64,000 nt of DNA, from assembly GCA_038231435.1 (NCBI GenBank), contig JBBRLJ010000015.1, positions 48,798 through 112,797 on the forward strand, in the 5' to 3' direction. The translations under genes were made by a program, and so were the position numbers. The notes below the pieces were generated by a model. That model made no database searches, was not told where the DNA came from, and saw only the letters and a program-made list of their open reading frames with translations. Positions within the stretch are counted from its first letter, which is position 1. Every line of letters starts with the position of its first letter. Source of the DNA: Planctomycetota bacterium (lineage in GTDB: Bacteria > Planctomycetota > UBA11346). This document shows, in pieces, positions 38,148 to 48,659 of the stretch.

Positions 38148-40087
38148 GGAGGGGATCCAGAGGAGAATGAGGGTCTGCGGTGGAAGTACCACCATTCGGC
38201 GAGGCACACAAGGATGGCGGCCAAGGCGAGCTTGGGCCACAGCGCGCGCTCGCCGGGTATCGCGCCGGCCGACGCCTGGACGGCGACTTCACGGAAGCGC
38301 ACGCTCTCGACGCTGCCCAGGCGGGTCTCGGTGGCGTTGAGCAGGCCGACGCCGACATCGATAGCGCGCCCGGGCGACGCCATGTGATAGATGCCAGCGC
38401 GAGCGGCGCGGACGCCGGCGACCACTCCATCGCCATCCGCGACCGCCGCGATGTGGCCACCGCCCGGAATGTCGACCATCACGGACTGACCCGCGCCGAT
38501 GGAGATCGGCGGCAGCACGCCGGTCGAGACGCACGTGCTCTCGGCCTGGCCGGTCGCGCCCATGGCGGCTGAGACCAGATTCGCGACCAGCACCGGGAAG
38601 CCGACGCGGTATGGCAGGGTCGAGCGATCGCTATGGAAGAGCAGGTGGCAGTCGAGCGCGCCACCGCGCGAGCGGGCGATCATCAGTGGGCCGCGATCGC
38701 CGTGCACCAGCACCTCGAAACCGAGCGCCTCGAGCTCCTTCTCGCCGCAGCCTGGAGCGAACGACACGCGTTCGTTCACCAGCAGGTCGTCGAGCACGAC
38801 GTGCGCGAGCAGCGCGTCGCTGCGGCGGTAGTCCACCAGCGAGCTGCCTCCTTCGCCTGACACCGTGATCATCTCGCGCAGCGCCGGGGGCACCAAGCCG
38901 ACGGTGACGCGCACGGCGGCGGGGAGCGCGGCTTCCGAGACCTGGTCGGTGATGGTCAGGTCGTAGGACACCGGCTTCGCATCTCCCGTGGTTGGCGCAC
39001 CCGCGTCGGCGGCGCCGGCCGCCGGATGCAGATCGAGGCCCCCGAGAGCTGATGCGGCATGCCGCCACGCGCGCAACGCCGGCGCAATCCACACGCGCAT
39101 CGGTCGGATCGCCGGCAGCACCAGGTAGGCGCGGTCGTCGGCGGCGAGAGCGTCGAAGCCGTCGCTATGCAGCCGCGCTTCGAGCTCGATCGCCTCGTCG
39201 CCCGGCACCAGGAACGAGACGCGTTCGACCCCGTTGGCCTGCGGTTGCAGCGGGCGCTGCTCGAGCACGTGACCGCCCGAGACCAGCTCGAGCGTGGCGC
39301 TCGCTGGCGCTTCGGCGGCTGACTCGATGCCGATGAACACCTCCCAGTGCCCGTCGGCGCGGCGTTGCGCGTTGCACGAGGTGATGCCGAGATTCGGCGG
39401 GGCCCCCGCGGTGGCCACGCGGCGGTAGTCGAGCTTGAAGGCCAGCTCGGCGTCGACCTGCTCGGGCAGGTTGCCGTCGGTCACCAGCTCGGCGCGCTCG
39501 AACCCGGTGGTGCGGGCGAGCGCCTGGGTGAGCTGCAGGGCGGTGGTCGGATTCGACGGTACGTCCTCGATCTCGATCGCATCGAGCGCGTCGTGAAGCT
39601 CGCGCTTGTTGCTGGTGAAGCCGGTCAGCCGGCGCCCGTCGCGCGCGAAGGCGATCAGGCAGATGTCCTGATCGTCGGTGCGATCGTCATCGGTCTTGCC
39701 GAGGTTGTCGATGCGTTCTCGCACCAGGCGCTTGGCTTCGTCGAGGCGCGTGCGCCCGTGCGGCTTGTCCAGGGCGCCCATGCTCGCGCTGTGGTCGATG
39801 AGGATCGGCAGATGGCGGCCGGCGCCATTCGCGCCGTGGAAGAAGGGCTGCATGGCTGCCAGGCATAGGCACGCGAGCAGCAGCAGCTGGAGCAGCAGCA
39901 GGATGTTGCGCTTGAAGCGCTGGAACGGGGAGTTGACGCGCCGGTCCTCCATCACCTGGCGCCACAGCACCAGCGAGGGGATCTCGGCGCGATCGCGGCG
40001 CAACTTGAGGAAATAGAACACCACCACCGGCACGGCGAGCGCCGCCAGAGGCCAGTAGCTCAGGCCATGGAAGCCCATCGCGCTCAT
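38144..40087 (-). CDS. BatA-domain / VWA membrane-anchored protein
   Basis: BatA N-terminus LAVPVVVFYFLKLRR...IPSLVLW...LLLLQLLLLACLCLAAMQP. MIDAS DHSAS and VTDG. C-terminal TM LAEWWYF. Confidence 0.9.
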   Translation of the reverse strand: MSAMGFHGLSYWPLAALAVPVVVFYFLKLRRDRAEIPSLVLWRQVMEDRRVNSPFQRFKRNILLLLQLLLLACLCLAAMQPFFHGANGAGRHLPILIDHSASMGALDKPHGRTRLDEAKRLVRERIDNLGKTDDDRTDDQDICLIAFARDGRRLTGFTSNKRELHDALDAIEIEDVPSNPTTALQLTQALARTTGFERAELVTDGNLPEQVDAELAFKLDYRRVATAGAPPNLGITSCNAQRRADGHWEVFIGIESAAEAPASATLELVSGGHVLEQRPLQPQANGVERVSFLVPGDEAIELEARLHSDGFDALAADDRAYLVLPAIRPMRVWIAPALRAWRHAASALGGLDLHPAAGAADAGAPTTGDAKPVSYDLTITDQVSEAALPAAVRVTVGLVPPALREMITVSGEGGSSLVDYRRSDALLAHVVLDDLLVNERVSFAPGCGEKELEALGFEVLVHGDRGPLMIARSRGGALDCHLLFHSDRSTLPYRVGFPVLVANLVSAAMGATGQAESTCVSTGVLPPISIGAGQSVMVDIPGGGHIAAVADGDGVVAGVRAARAGIYHMASPGRAIDVGVGLLNATETRLGSVESVRFREVAVQASAGAIPGERALWPKLALAAILVCLAEWWYFHRRPSFSSGSPP

Positions 40088-40980
40088 GCGATCCACCCGC
40101 CGCGGCGCATGCGTTCGAAGAGCAGCGATTCGAGGGACTCGGCGGATGACGTGGCGATGAAGCGTCCGCCGCGGGCGGTGCACCAGCCGTCGAGTTCGGT
40201 CTGCCAACGGGCGCGGTGCTCGTGATAGAGCTGCATCAGGTCGCCCAGTCCCGAGACGTCGAGCGTCTGCTGCGATTCGCTGTCGACCAGGCGCAGATCA
40301 CCCGAGACTTCCGGATCGAGTTCGGTCGGTCCGAGGATCTGCACGGCGAGGGTTTCGAGCCCTGAGGCGAAGAGGCGGTTGAACGAGCCCTTGACGTCGC
40401 CCTCGCTGAGGAAGTCGGAGAGCACGATCGCCATCCCTCGTCCGGCGTGGTGTGCCAGGGCGAGGTCGACGATGCGTTCGATCGGTACCGCCGTCCCGGT
40501 CTCTGCGATGCCCTCGATCGCGGTCAGCGCGCGGCGCATCGCCGGACGCCCGCGCGTCGAGCGCACCACCTGGCCGTCGCCGATCCCTGGTGCCCACACG
40601 CTGACGCGCTCGTTCGAGAACAGGCCCATCACCGCGAAGGCAGCGGCAAGCTGGCGCGCGCGCGCCAGCTTGCCCTCGAAGCACATCGAGCGGCTGGCGT
40701 CGACGAGAATGAGGATGTGGCGCTCCTCCTCGAGGCGGAAGGTCTTGAGGTACGGCCGGTGCAGGCGCGCGAAGGCGTTCCAGTCGACGAAGCGCAGATC
40801 GTCGCCAGCGGCGTAGTCGCGGTAGTCTGCGAAATCGGTGCTGGTGCCGCCGCGGCCAGAGAGGTGGTCACCGCGACCGCGCGCCGTGGTCTTGCGGCGC
40901 GGCTGGATGCGCAGGCGCTCCAGCCGGGCGACGACGTCGTTCGGGAGGAGAGCGCTCAGCCGTGCTGAGGCCTGGTTCAT
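40084..40980 (-). CDS. DUF58 family protein
   Basis: GTSTDFADYRDYAAGDDLRFVDWNAFARL, VDASRSM and LSDF. Confidence 0.95.
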   Translation of the reverse strand: MNQASARLSALLPNDVVARLERLRIQPRRKTTARGRGDHLSGRGGTSTDFADYRDYAAGDDLRFVDWNAFARLHRPYLKTFRLEEERHILILVDASRSMCFEGKLARARQLAAAFAVMGLFSNERVSVWAPGIGDGQVVRSTRGRPAMRRALTAIEGIAETGTAVPIERIVDLALAHHAGRGMAIVLSDFLSEGDVKGSFNRLFASGLETLAVQILGPTELDPEVSGDLRLVDSESQQTLDVSGLGDLMQLYHEHRARWQTELDGWCTARGGRFIATSSAESLESLLFERMRRGGWIA

Positions 40981-40982
40981 GT

Positions 40983-41047
40983 CGACTTCCCCTGCCGTGC
41001 AGGGATTCCGGCTGCGCTGGAATCGCCAACTCCGCTGGCCGAAGTCG
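40983..41047. other. Predicted multi-hairpin (four-way junction) structure immediately upstream of the DUF58 start
   Basis: Outer stem CGACTTC/GAAGTCG encloses three short hairpins with 3-nt loops. Folded by eye only. Confidence 0.45.
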
Positions 41048-41055
41048 GTGTCTTC

Positions 41056-41099
41056 TCCGGGGGCTGTCCGCCCCCGGAACGCGCCTCCGGCGCTTCCCC
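41056..41099. repeat. REP-like GC-rich hairpin element
   Basis: TCCGGGGGC-tgtcc-GCCCCCGGA is a perfect 9-bp stem, followed by gcgcctccggcgcttcccc. Confidence 0.55.
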
Positions 41100-41119
41100 G
41101 CGCAGCCTGCGGCTACTGC

Positions 41120-42127
<1,008 letters not shown>

Positions 42128-42191
42128 GTGGTGTTCCTTGCGTGTCGGGAAGGCGTTGTCTGAGGAGGATACGAGCGGGTGCGCTGGGTGT

Positions 42192-45100
42192 TCAGGGTCG
42201 TTTGGGTGGTTCGGGCGGATTCTGGTTCTCTTGCTGGCGTTTGCGCTTGGCCTCGAGCAGTTTCCCGGTGGTACCGCCAGCGGCGGGCGGAGTGCCGGGT
42301 TTCACCGCCGGTTTGGCCGCGGCCGGTGGCGCCGACACGGCGCCTGGAGAGGTGGGAGGCGCTGACGACGACGGCGCGGTTGGAGCCATGGGTTGGCGGC
42401 TCGGCGGCATGTGCGCGGCCTTGCCCGTGGGCAGCACCACCTGCTGTTTGCGATTCAGCAGCGCGCCCATGGTGGCGGTGGACTCGGCCCGCTCACCGCG
42501 CCGGAACCTGCCGAGCACCGCCGCGACCATCGCGCGCGGATCGATCTGCACGCGCCGCAGCGCGACGTCCAGCGGCAGCAGACACGCGAGCGCGACCAGG
42601 AACCAGTCGAACACCGGGCGCGAGGTGCGCTGCGGCTTGCGCTCGATGCCGTAGAGCGCCTTGCCGTCCTCGGTACCGGTGAGCATGCGCCCGCCGGTGC
42701 GGTCGACGATGCGCTGCAGCACCAGCGGATTGGCGCGGAAGCGCAGGTACTCGGCGGAATACGGCACCGCGAGCCCGGCGAAGGCGCGCTCGCGACGCGC
42801 CTGGTCGCCCGAGCCGCCCACCGCCGAGACCACGACTTGATAGCGGCCGGTTCCGGCGAGGGGGAAGTCGGCGCTGTAGCGCCCCGGCGCGACCTGCTTG
42901 AGTTCGAGATCGATGCGCGACGAGTTCGGCGTGGCCACGCGCGCCGCCACCTGCAGGAAGCCGCCAGCCGGGTGGTGGTCCTCGACGGTGATCATGCCGA
43001 CGTTGCCGCTGGCCTCGACCTTCATGCGCAGGTGTGACTGGTCCTGTGAGCGGCCGATGTGCGTCATCAGCTGCTCGACGAACGCCTGGTACTTCTCCCA
43101 CTCCACCCAGCCCGCGGCCCAGTTCGGGGACAGGTCCGACGTCCACGCCGCGGTGGTGCCAACGCCGAAGCGCCACACCGCCAGCACCGGATCCTCCTCC
43201 TCGGGATCGGGCCCTTCGAGCACGGTCACCGAGCGCGGCTTCGGCGTGGTCAGCGTGTAGCCCTTCAGCGGCGGCAGGGCGTCGATGCCCTTCATCACTG
43301 GCGAGGGGAACTGCGCCTTGGGCGTGAAGGTCAGGTTCTGGATCTGGCTGCGCTTGAGGGTCTTCGCCTCCTTGATGAAGATCGAGGGCAGGCGATCGGG
43401 ATTCTGCGGAAAGTAGTAGCGCCCGCCGGTGGCCTGCGCGACCGCCTTCATCACCCCGGGATCGACGCCGCCGTGCGGAAACACCGCCACCATCGAGACG
43501 CTGATCTTGCTGGCGACGAACTTCTGCAGGAGCTCGGGCGGTGGTGGCGCTGGGTCGCCGTCCGAGATGATGATCATGTGTTTGGTCGCGGCGTCGTTGG
43601 CCTTGAGGCCGTCGTAGCCGATCTGCATGATGCGGGCGAAGCTCGGCATGTCGCCGGGTTCGGCGGCCTCGACCAGTGGCGCGAGCTTGTCGAAGTCGCC
43701 CGCCGGCGAGAGCGGGAAGACCCACTGCTCGGCGCCGGTGTAGGAATAGTCGAGCACGCCCACGTCGTCGCGCGCGCCCAGCACCTTGATCGCCTGCTTG
43801 GTGATGCGCTTCGCCCAGGTGTTGCCCTCGGGGAATTCGCAGGTGTGCAGCACGATCGCCAGTGCGCCCTTCGGCATCACCTTGCGCTGGTTGATGTCCA
43901 TGGTCACCGGCAGCGCCTCCTCGATCGGGGTGCGGTTCCAGCCGCCGGGGCCGTAGCCGTTGGGCCCGCCGATCATCAAGAAGCCGGTGCCGAGGTCGTA
44001 CACCGCGTCGCGCAGCGCCTGTTGCTGCAGCTGGGTCACGGCGTCGGCGGGCACGTTCACGAACACCACCGAATCGTAGGGCAGGTACGACAGCGGATCG
44101 TCAGAGAGCTCGTGCGCGGGGCGGATCTCCACCGCGCGCTTGGATTCGGCGAGCGCCTTGGCGAAGGTCTGGTAGTCGCGCGGGTCGGACTGCGAATCGG
44201 TGACCAGCAGCACCCGGCCCTCGCCCTGGAGGTTGATCGAACCGAGCGCGACGTTGTTCTCGCGCCAGCCGTCGCGGTCGGGCGGCGGCTCGATCACCGC
44301 CGCGTACTCGTAATAGCCGGGGCCGCGCAGGTAGAGCGGCATGGTGTAGCGGTTCTTGCCTGCACGGTAGGTCACCTGGCGGCGCGACACCTCGTGGCCG
44401 TTCTCGCGCAGCACCAGGTCGCCGTGGCCGTCGGTGAGCGAGCCGAGCACCACGTTCGCCTCGTAGGTCTGCTCGGGGCGCACGTCGTCAGGCAGCTCGA
44501 TCTTCTCGAGCCAGACCTCGTACTCGCGGGCGTACGCGACCGAGAGCACGTCCACCGGGATCTTGCGCGCGGTGAGCTGGTCGAGGGCTCGGTCGAGATC
44601 GCCCTCGGTCGCGGTGCCGTCGGAGATCAGCACGATGCGCCCGGGGTTCTCCTCGGGCAGCACCGCGGCCGAGAGCGACAGCGCCTGCTCGAGGTTGGTG
44701 CCATCCTTGGCCACGCGGGCATTCAGATTCTCGAACGGGAAGGCCTGGCGCGGTGGGAGCTCGACGGCGGCGTCGCGGCCGAAGACGACCATGCCCGCCT
44801 GATCCTGCTGGGGCTTCTGCTGGACGGTCTTGAGCATCCACTCCACCGCGTGGTCAGAGACCTTCTCGCCTATGGAATCGGATTCGTCGAGCGCGTAGAC
44901 CAGGCTCAGCGTGTCCGAGCTGCGCACCGCGCGCGGCTCGGCCATGAGCATCGCGAACAGCCCGATCATGGCCAAGCGGGCGAACAGCGAGAACGCGCCG
45001 CGCACCCCGCGCATGCCGCCCCAGCCCGCGACATGCAGCCACCACGCCCACGGCGCCGCGGCGAGCCACAGGAACTGCCACGGCGCGGCGAAGAGCACCC

Positions 45101-45281
45101 GGTGGCCGGCCTCCAGACCGATCACTACCGCCGCGAACGCGGCGAGGAAGATCACCAGCGGCCAAGCGGACCACCACGCGAGCGGACGACGTGGACGCGG
45201 GACGAGCGAACGCGCCACGCGCAGCGCAGCGTTCCGCGGCCACGCCAGCGATGCCGACATCCGGCCAGGTGAGCGCTTCAT
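42192..45281 (-). CDS. Membrane protein with VWA - GATase-like (DUF1355-type) - VWA architecture
   Basis: N-terminal TMs. VWA1 DESDS/ISDG. GATase-like segment GTGFLMIGGPNGYGPGGW..TPIEEALPV. VWA2 with HTCE and ISDG. C-terminal TM LLPLDVALRR. ATGA overlap. Confidence 0.88.
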   Translation of the reverse strand: MKRSPGRMSASLAWPRNAALRVARSLVPRPRRPLAWWSAWPLVIFLAAFAAVVIGLEAGHRVLFAAPWQFLWLAAAPWAWWLHVAGWGGMRGVRGAFSLFARLAMIGLFAMLMAEPRAVRSSDTLSLVYALDESDSIGEKVSDHAVEWMLKTVQQKPQQDQAGMVVFGRDAAVELPPRQAFPFENLNARVAKDGTNLEQALSLSAAVLPEENPGRIVLISDGTATEGDLDRALDQLTARKIPVDVLSVAYAREYEVWLEKIELPDDVRPEQTYEANVVLGSLTDGHGDLVLRENGHEVSRRQVTYRAGKNRYTMPLYLRGPGYYEYAAVIEPPPDRDGWRENNVALGSINLQGEGRVLLVTDSQSDPRDYQTFAKALAESKRAVEIRPAHELSDDPLSYLPYDSVVFVNVPADAVTQLQQQALRDAVYDLGTGFLMIGGPNGYGPGGWNRTPIEEALPVTMDINQRKVMPKGALAIVLHTCEFPEGNTWAKRITKQAIKVLGARDDVGVLDYSYTGAEQWVFPLSPAGDFDKLAPLVEAAEPGDMPSFARIMQIGYDGLKANDAATKHMIIISDGDPAPPPPELLQKFVASKISVSMVAVFPHGGVDPGVMKAVAQATGGRYYFPQNPDRLPSIFIKEAKTLKRSQIQNLTFTPKAQFPSPVMKGIDALPPLKGYTLTTPKPRSVTVLEGPDPEEEDPVLAVWRFGVGTTAAWTSDLSPNWAAGWVEWEKYQAFVEQLMTHIGRSQDQSHLRMKVEASGNVGMITVEDHHPAGGFLQVAARVATPNSSRIDLELKQVAPGRYSADFPLAGTGRYQVVVSAVGGSGDQARRERAFAGLAVPYSAEYLRFRANPLVLQRIVDRTGGRMLTGTEDGKALYGIERKPQRTSRPVFDWFLVALACLLPLDVALRRVQIDPRAMVAAVLGRFRRGERAESTATMGALLNRKQQVVLPTGKAAHMPPSRQPMAPTAPSSSAPPTSPGAVSAPPAAAKPAVKPGTPPAAGGTTGKLLEAKRKRQQENQNPPEPPKRP

Positions 45282-47215
45282 GGCGCCGCGCCCGGCGCTG
45301 GCGGAACGAGTCGGATCAGCCGGCGGTTGCCGGTGTCCGCAACCCACATCGCACCGCCAGGCGCGCCGACCAGCGCCCACGGCGTCGAGAACTCCCCGTC
45401 GCCGTGCCCGACGGCGCCGAACGATCCAAGCTCGCTGCCGTCTGCGGCCAGGCGCACGACCTTGCCGCCGCTGTACTCGGCGACCCAGATGTCCCCGCTG
45501 GGAGCGACCCACAGCCCGTACGGAAAATGCACATCGGCCGGCGGTGCGAGCGCCTCGCCGACCACACCGACATAGGCGCCCGCATCGGTGTAGATCTGCA
45601 CGCGGTTGTTCATCGCGTCGGCGATGTAGATCTTTCCTTCATGCCAGCAGATGTGCTGCGGGCGCTGGAATTGCCCGGTGCCGGTGCCGAACGAGCCGAA
45701 GGCGCAGATGAACGCGCCGTCGGGCGCGAACTTCTGCACACGGTCGTTCTCGCCGTACTCCGACACGTAGACGTTGCCCGCGGGATCCTCCTCGATCGAG
45801 ATGGGATAGATGAATTCCCCAGGGCCCTTGCCCTCGGCTCCGCGCATGTCCAGGACCTTGCCGTCATGGTCGAAGAACACGATGCGGTGGTAGTGGGTGT
45901 CGGCGACAGCGATGCGCCCGTCGTGCAGCTCGATGATGCCTTCAGGCCGTCCAACCTCCCACGCCGGCATGCGCCATTGGCGCGCCAGCTGCCCGTCCTG
46001 CGTGTAGACCAGCACGCGACCCACGGTGTCGAGCACCAGGAGCTCGCCCGCGCGTGTCACCGCGAGCCCGCGCGGCGACGGCTGCACCTTGCCGTCGTTC
46101 GGCAGCTGGGTGGCCACGGCGGTGAAATGTAGCGTGTGCTGGTCGTTCTTCGCGCAGCCGGAGGCGAGCCATAGCATGAGGAGCGCCAGCAGGCGCGCGG
46201 CCACGCGTTGGCCGGCAGCCAGCGCTCGCGACGGTCGATGGACGAATTCGCGCGGTTCGGCACCGGCGAGCTCCAGGGTGGTGCGGGCCAAGGCGCCATG
46301 GAATGCGCTGTCGCGCACCACCGCGCGGCCGCCGCTGTCTGGAGCGATCCCGAGACGTTCGGGCCTGACGCAGCCGCCATCGCGCGAGAACGCCTGGAGC
46401 GACGCCGCGTCGGCGCCGTCGAGCCAGTCGGCCGCTTCCCCCGGCGCGAACCAGTTGGCTTCCCCGAAACAGGCCGCGACCTCGCGCGTGGCCGGCCGTT
46501 CGTAGATCTCGGGCACCGCGCCATCGCCGATCACCTCGCCGTGGCGCAGGCACGCCACTCGGTCGGCGCAGCCGAGCACCCATCCGGGATCGTGGGTCGC
46601 GTACACCAGGGACGAGCCCAGCGCCGCGCAGTGGTCGAGCAGAGCGCGCCAGCACGACGGCAGCGAGGAGGGATCGACGTGCGCGAACGGTTCGTCGAGA
46701 ACCAGCACCGCGGCCTCGCTCGCCAGCGCGCGCGCGACGGTCAGCCGCGCGCGTTCGCCAGCGGACATGCGCGACGGGAGCGACCGCGCGCATTCCGCGA
46801 GGCCGAGCGCGCCGAGGATCGCGCTGGCGGGCATGCTCGCCTGACGCGGCGCGACCGCCACGAGGTGGGCGTGCGCATCGAGGTGCGGCCACAGCGCATC
46901 GTGGGGGGCCCAGTAGATCGGTAGCCGTCCTGTCGGATCCGCGACCTGTGGCGGGTGCGCGGTGATGGCGCCCGAGCTGGGTCGCTCGAAGCCGGCGAGC
47001 AGGTTGCAGAGGGTGGTCTTGCCGGCACCGGAATGGCCGAGGATGGCGGTGATGCCGGGCCTTATGGCGAGCGTGATCGGTCCCAGGCGACGGCTGCCCG
47101 CCGAGGCGACGGCGACCCGATCCAGCGTCCATAGCGGTGCTGCGGATGGCGGAGACTCGACGGGCTTCGATGGGATGGCTCGCTCCGCCAGGTGCTCGGA
47201 CATGCGCTCAGACAT
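45278..47215 (-). CDS. ABC importer ATP-binding domain fused to an NHL-repeat beta-propeller
   Basis: GHSGAGKTT, MSAGERAR, LVLDEP and ATHD, then hydrophobic LLALLMLWLASGC, then NHL repeats (IAVADTHYHRI, GEFIYPISI, YIADAMNNRVQIY, WVADTGNRRL). All in one open frame. Start could be 47236, 47215 or 47203. Confidence 0.85.
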   Translation of the reverse strand: MSERMSEHLAERAIPSKPVESPPSAAPLWTLDRVAVASAGSRRLGPITLAIRPGITAILGHSGAGKTTLCNLLAGFERPSSGAITAHPPQVADPTGRLPIYWAPHDALWPHLDAHAHLVAVAPRQASMPASAILGALGLAECARSLPSRMSAGERARLTVARALASEAAVLVLDEPFAHVDPSSLPSCWRALLDHCAALGSSLVYATHDPGWVLGCADRVACLRHGEVIGDGAVPEIYERPATREVAACFGEANWFAPGEAADWLDGADAASLQAFSRDGGCVRPERLGIAPDSGGRAVVRDSAFHGALARTTLELAGAEPREFVHRPSRALAAGQRVAARLLALLMLWLASGCAKNDQHTLHFTAVATQLPNDGKVQPSPRGLAVTRAGELLVLDTVGRVLVYTQDGQLARQWRMPAWEVGRPEGIIELHDGRIAVADTHYHRIVFFDHDGKVLDMRGAEGKGPGEFIYPISIEEDPAGNVYVSEYGENDRVQKFAPDGAFICAFGSFGTGTGQFQRPQHICWHEGKIYIADAMNNRVQIYTDAGAYVGVVGEALAPPADVHFPYGLWVAPSGDIWVAEYSGGKVVRLAADGSELGSFGAVGHGDGEFSTPWALVGAPGGAMWVADTGNRRLIRLVPPAPGAAP

Positions 47216-48659
47216 GGGTGGCTTCCGAGCTGGCATCGCCGCGCCCTCCGGCGCGTCCGATTCCCATGGCCAGCCGCGCCACCATCCAGCCGATCGCCGC
47301 CACCGCCACCGGAGCGAGGATCGCCGCACCGAGCCGCGCCGAGAGCGCCGAGCTCTGGCCGTAGTGCATGAAGTTGTAGAGCATCGCCAGCACCGGCGTC
47401 ATGTCGACGGGATGGAGGATCGCCGAGGCGGCGAGATCGCAGTAGCCGGCGGCGAACACCAGCGCCCACGCCCAGTAGCGGCGTTGTCCGGAGAGACGCC
47501 AGGCGAGCGCGCGCGCGCGCGGCGCGCGCTCACGATCCGCCGCGCCGAGATGGGCGAGGTGCAGCGCCACTGTGCGACCATCGACGACCAGGCGCAGCAC
47601 CAGCGCCAACGGCAGCCCGAGCAGCGCCAGGGCGACGACCGAGGGCAACGGCGCCAGCAGATGCAGCGATGAGATCGCGCGCAGGCCCGGCAACTGGAAG
47701 GCGGCGAGCAGCCCGAGTCCGACCACCAGGGAGCCGCAGAGCCCGGGTAGCGAGAGTACGGCGAAGGCGGTGGTGCGCGCGCGGCGCGGCCAGCGACGAG
47801 TGCGTTCGAGTAGCAGACCGGCAACGAGCCACGCGCAGCCGGCGCCGCACAGCGCGAACAGCAAGCTGGCGCCGACCTCGCGCTGGATCGCGGCACTGCG
47901 CGAGAGCGTCGCGAGTCCGGCGAGCGCATCCCAGGCGATGGCGGCGCAGGGCAGCGCGACCAGGGCCGTCGAACCGAGAGCGAGCACCAGCCAGCCGGCG
48001 GCGCGTCTGCCGCGCGAGGCCGTGCCCGGCGGATCCGCGGGCGCGGATTCATGGGCGCGTGCGGTCCCAGTGAGCCAGATCCAAGCGATGGCGATCGCGA
48101 CCAGCTGCGTGACTACACCGGGGAGCGCGGCAAGGAGCGTGGCCGCGAGATCCTGGCCGCCGGCCTGTGCGTCGAACAGCCGCACCGCCCAAGTCCCGGC
48201 ATTCAGGCGCGAGCCGATCTCGAACTCGCCGAAAGCGAGCACGAACGCCATCGCCGCTCCGGAGACCCAGGCGCGCCCACCGCCATGCCGCAGCCATGTC
48301 CACGCGAGCGTCCAGGCGGATCGATCGCGGGGGCGTAGGCCCAGCCGCAGACAATGCAGCGCCGCGGATGTGACCGGCGGTGCGGGAGCGAGCCGCGCGA
48401 GCAGCAGCACCAGCGGCGCCAGCCGCAGCGCCACCAGCGCGCCGTGCAGGGCCGCGACCGCGCCGCCATGGCGCAGGGCGCCGATCGGCAAGGCCGCCCA
48501 CGCATAGGCGATCATGATCGCCGGAGTCGCCACCCAGGCGACCATCAGCGCGGAGACGGCTCGCCGGGGCACGAGCGCCGACAGCAGCGTCGCGCAGGCC
48601 ACCGCAGCGCCGGCGATGGCCGCAGCACGCGCGGCATCGGCGATCCACAGCGGGCTCAT
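47208..48659 (-). CDS. ABC importer permease (Fe3+/thiamine FbpB-like, divergent)
   Basis: About 12 TMs in two repeats (FVLAFGEFEIG and FAAGYCDLAASAIL). Lies between the binding protein and ATPase genes with overlapping stop/start. Confidence 0.75.
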   Translation of the reverse strand: MSPLWIADAARAAAIAGAAVACATLLSALVPRRAVSALMVAWVATPAIMIAYAWAALPIGALRHGGAVAALHGALVALRLAPLVLLLARLAPAPPVTSAALHCLRLGLRPRDRSAWTLAWTWLRHGGGRAWVSGAAMAFVLAFGEFEIGSRLNAGTWAVRLFDAQAGGQDLAATLLAALPGVVTQLVAIAIAWIWLTGTARAHESAPADPPGTASRGRRAAGWLVLALGSTALVALPCAAIAWDALAGLATLSRSAAIQREVGASLLFALCGAGCAWLVAGLLLERTRRWPRRARTTAFAVLSLPGLCGSLVVGLGLLAAFQLPGLRAISSLHLLAPLPSVVALALLGLPLALVLRLVVDGRTVALHLAHLGAADRERAPRARALAWRLSGQRRYWAWALVFAAGYCDLAASAILHPVDMTPVLAMLYNFMHYGQSSALSARLGAAILAPVAVAAIGWMVARLAMGIGRAGGRGDASSEATHV

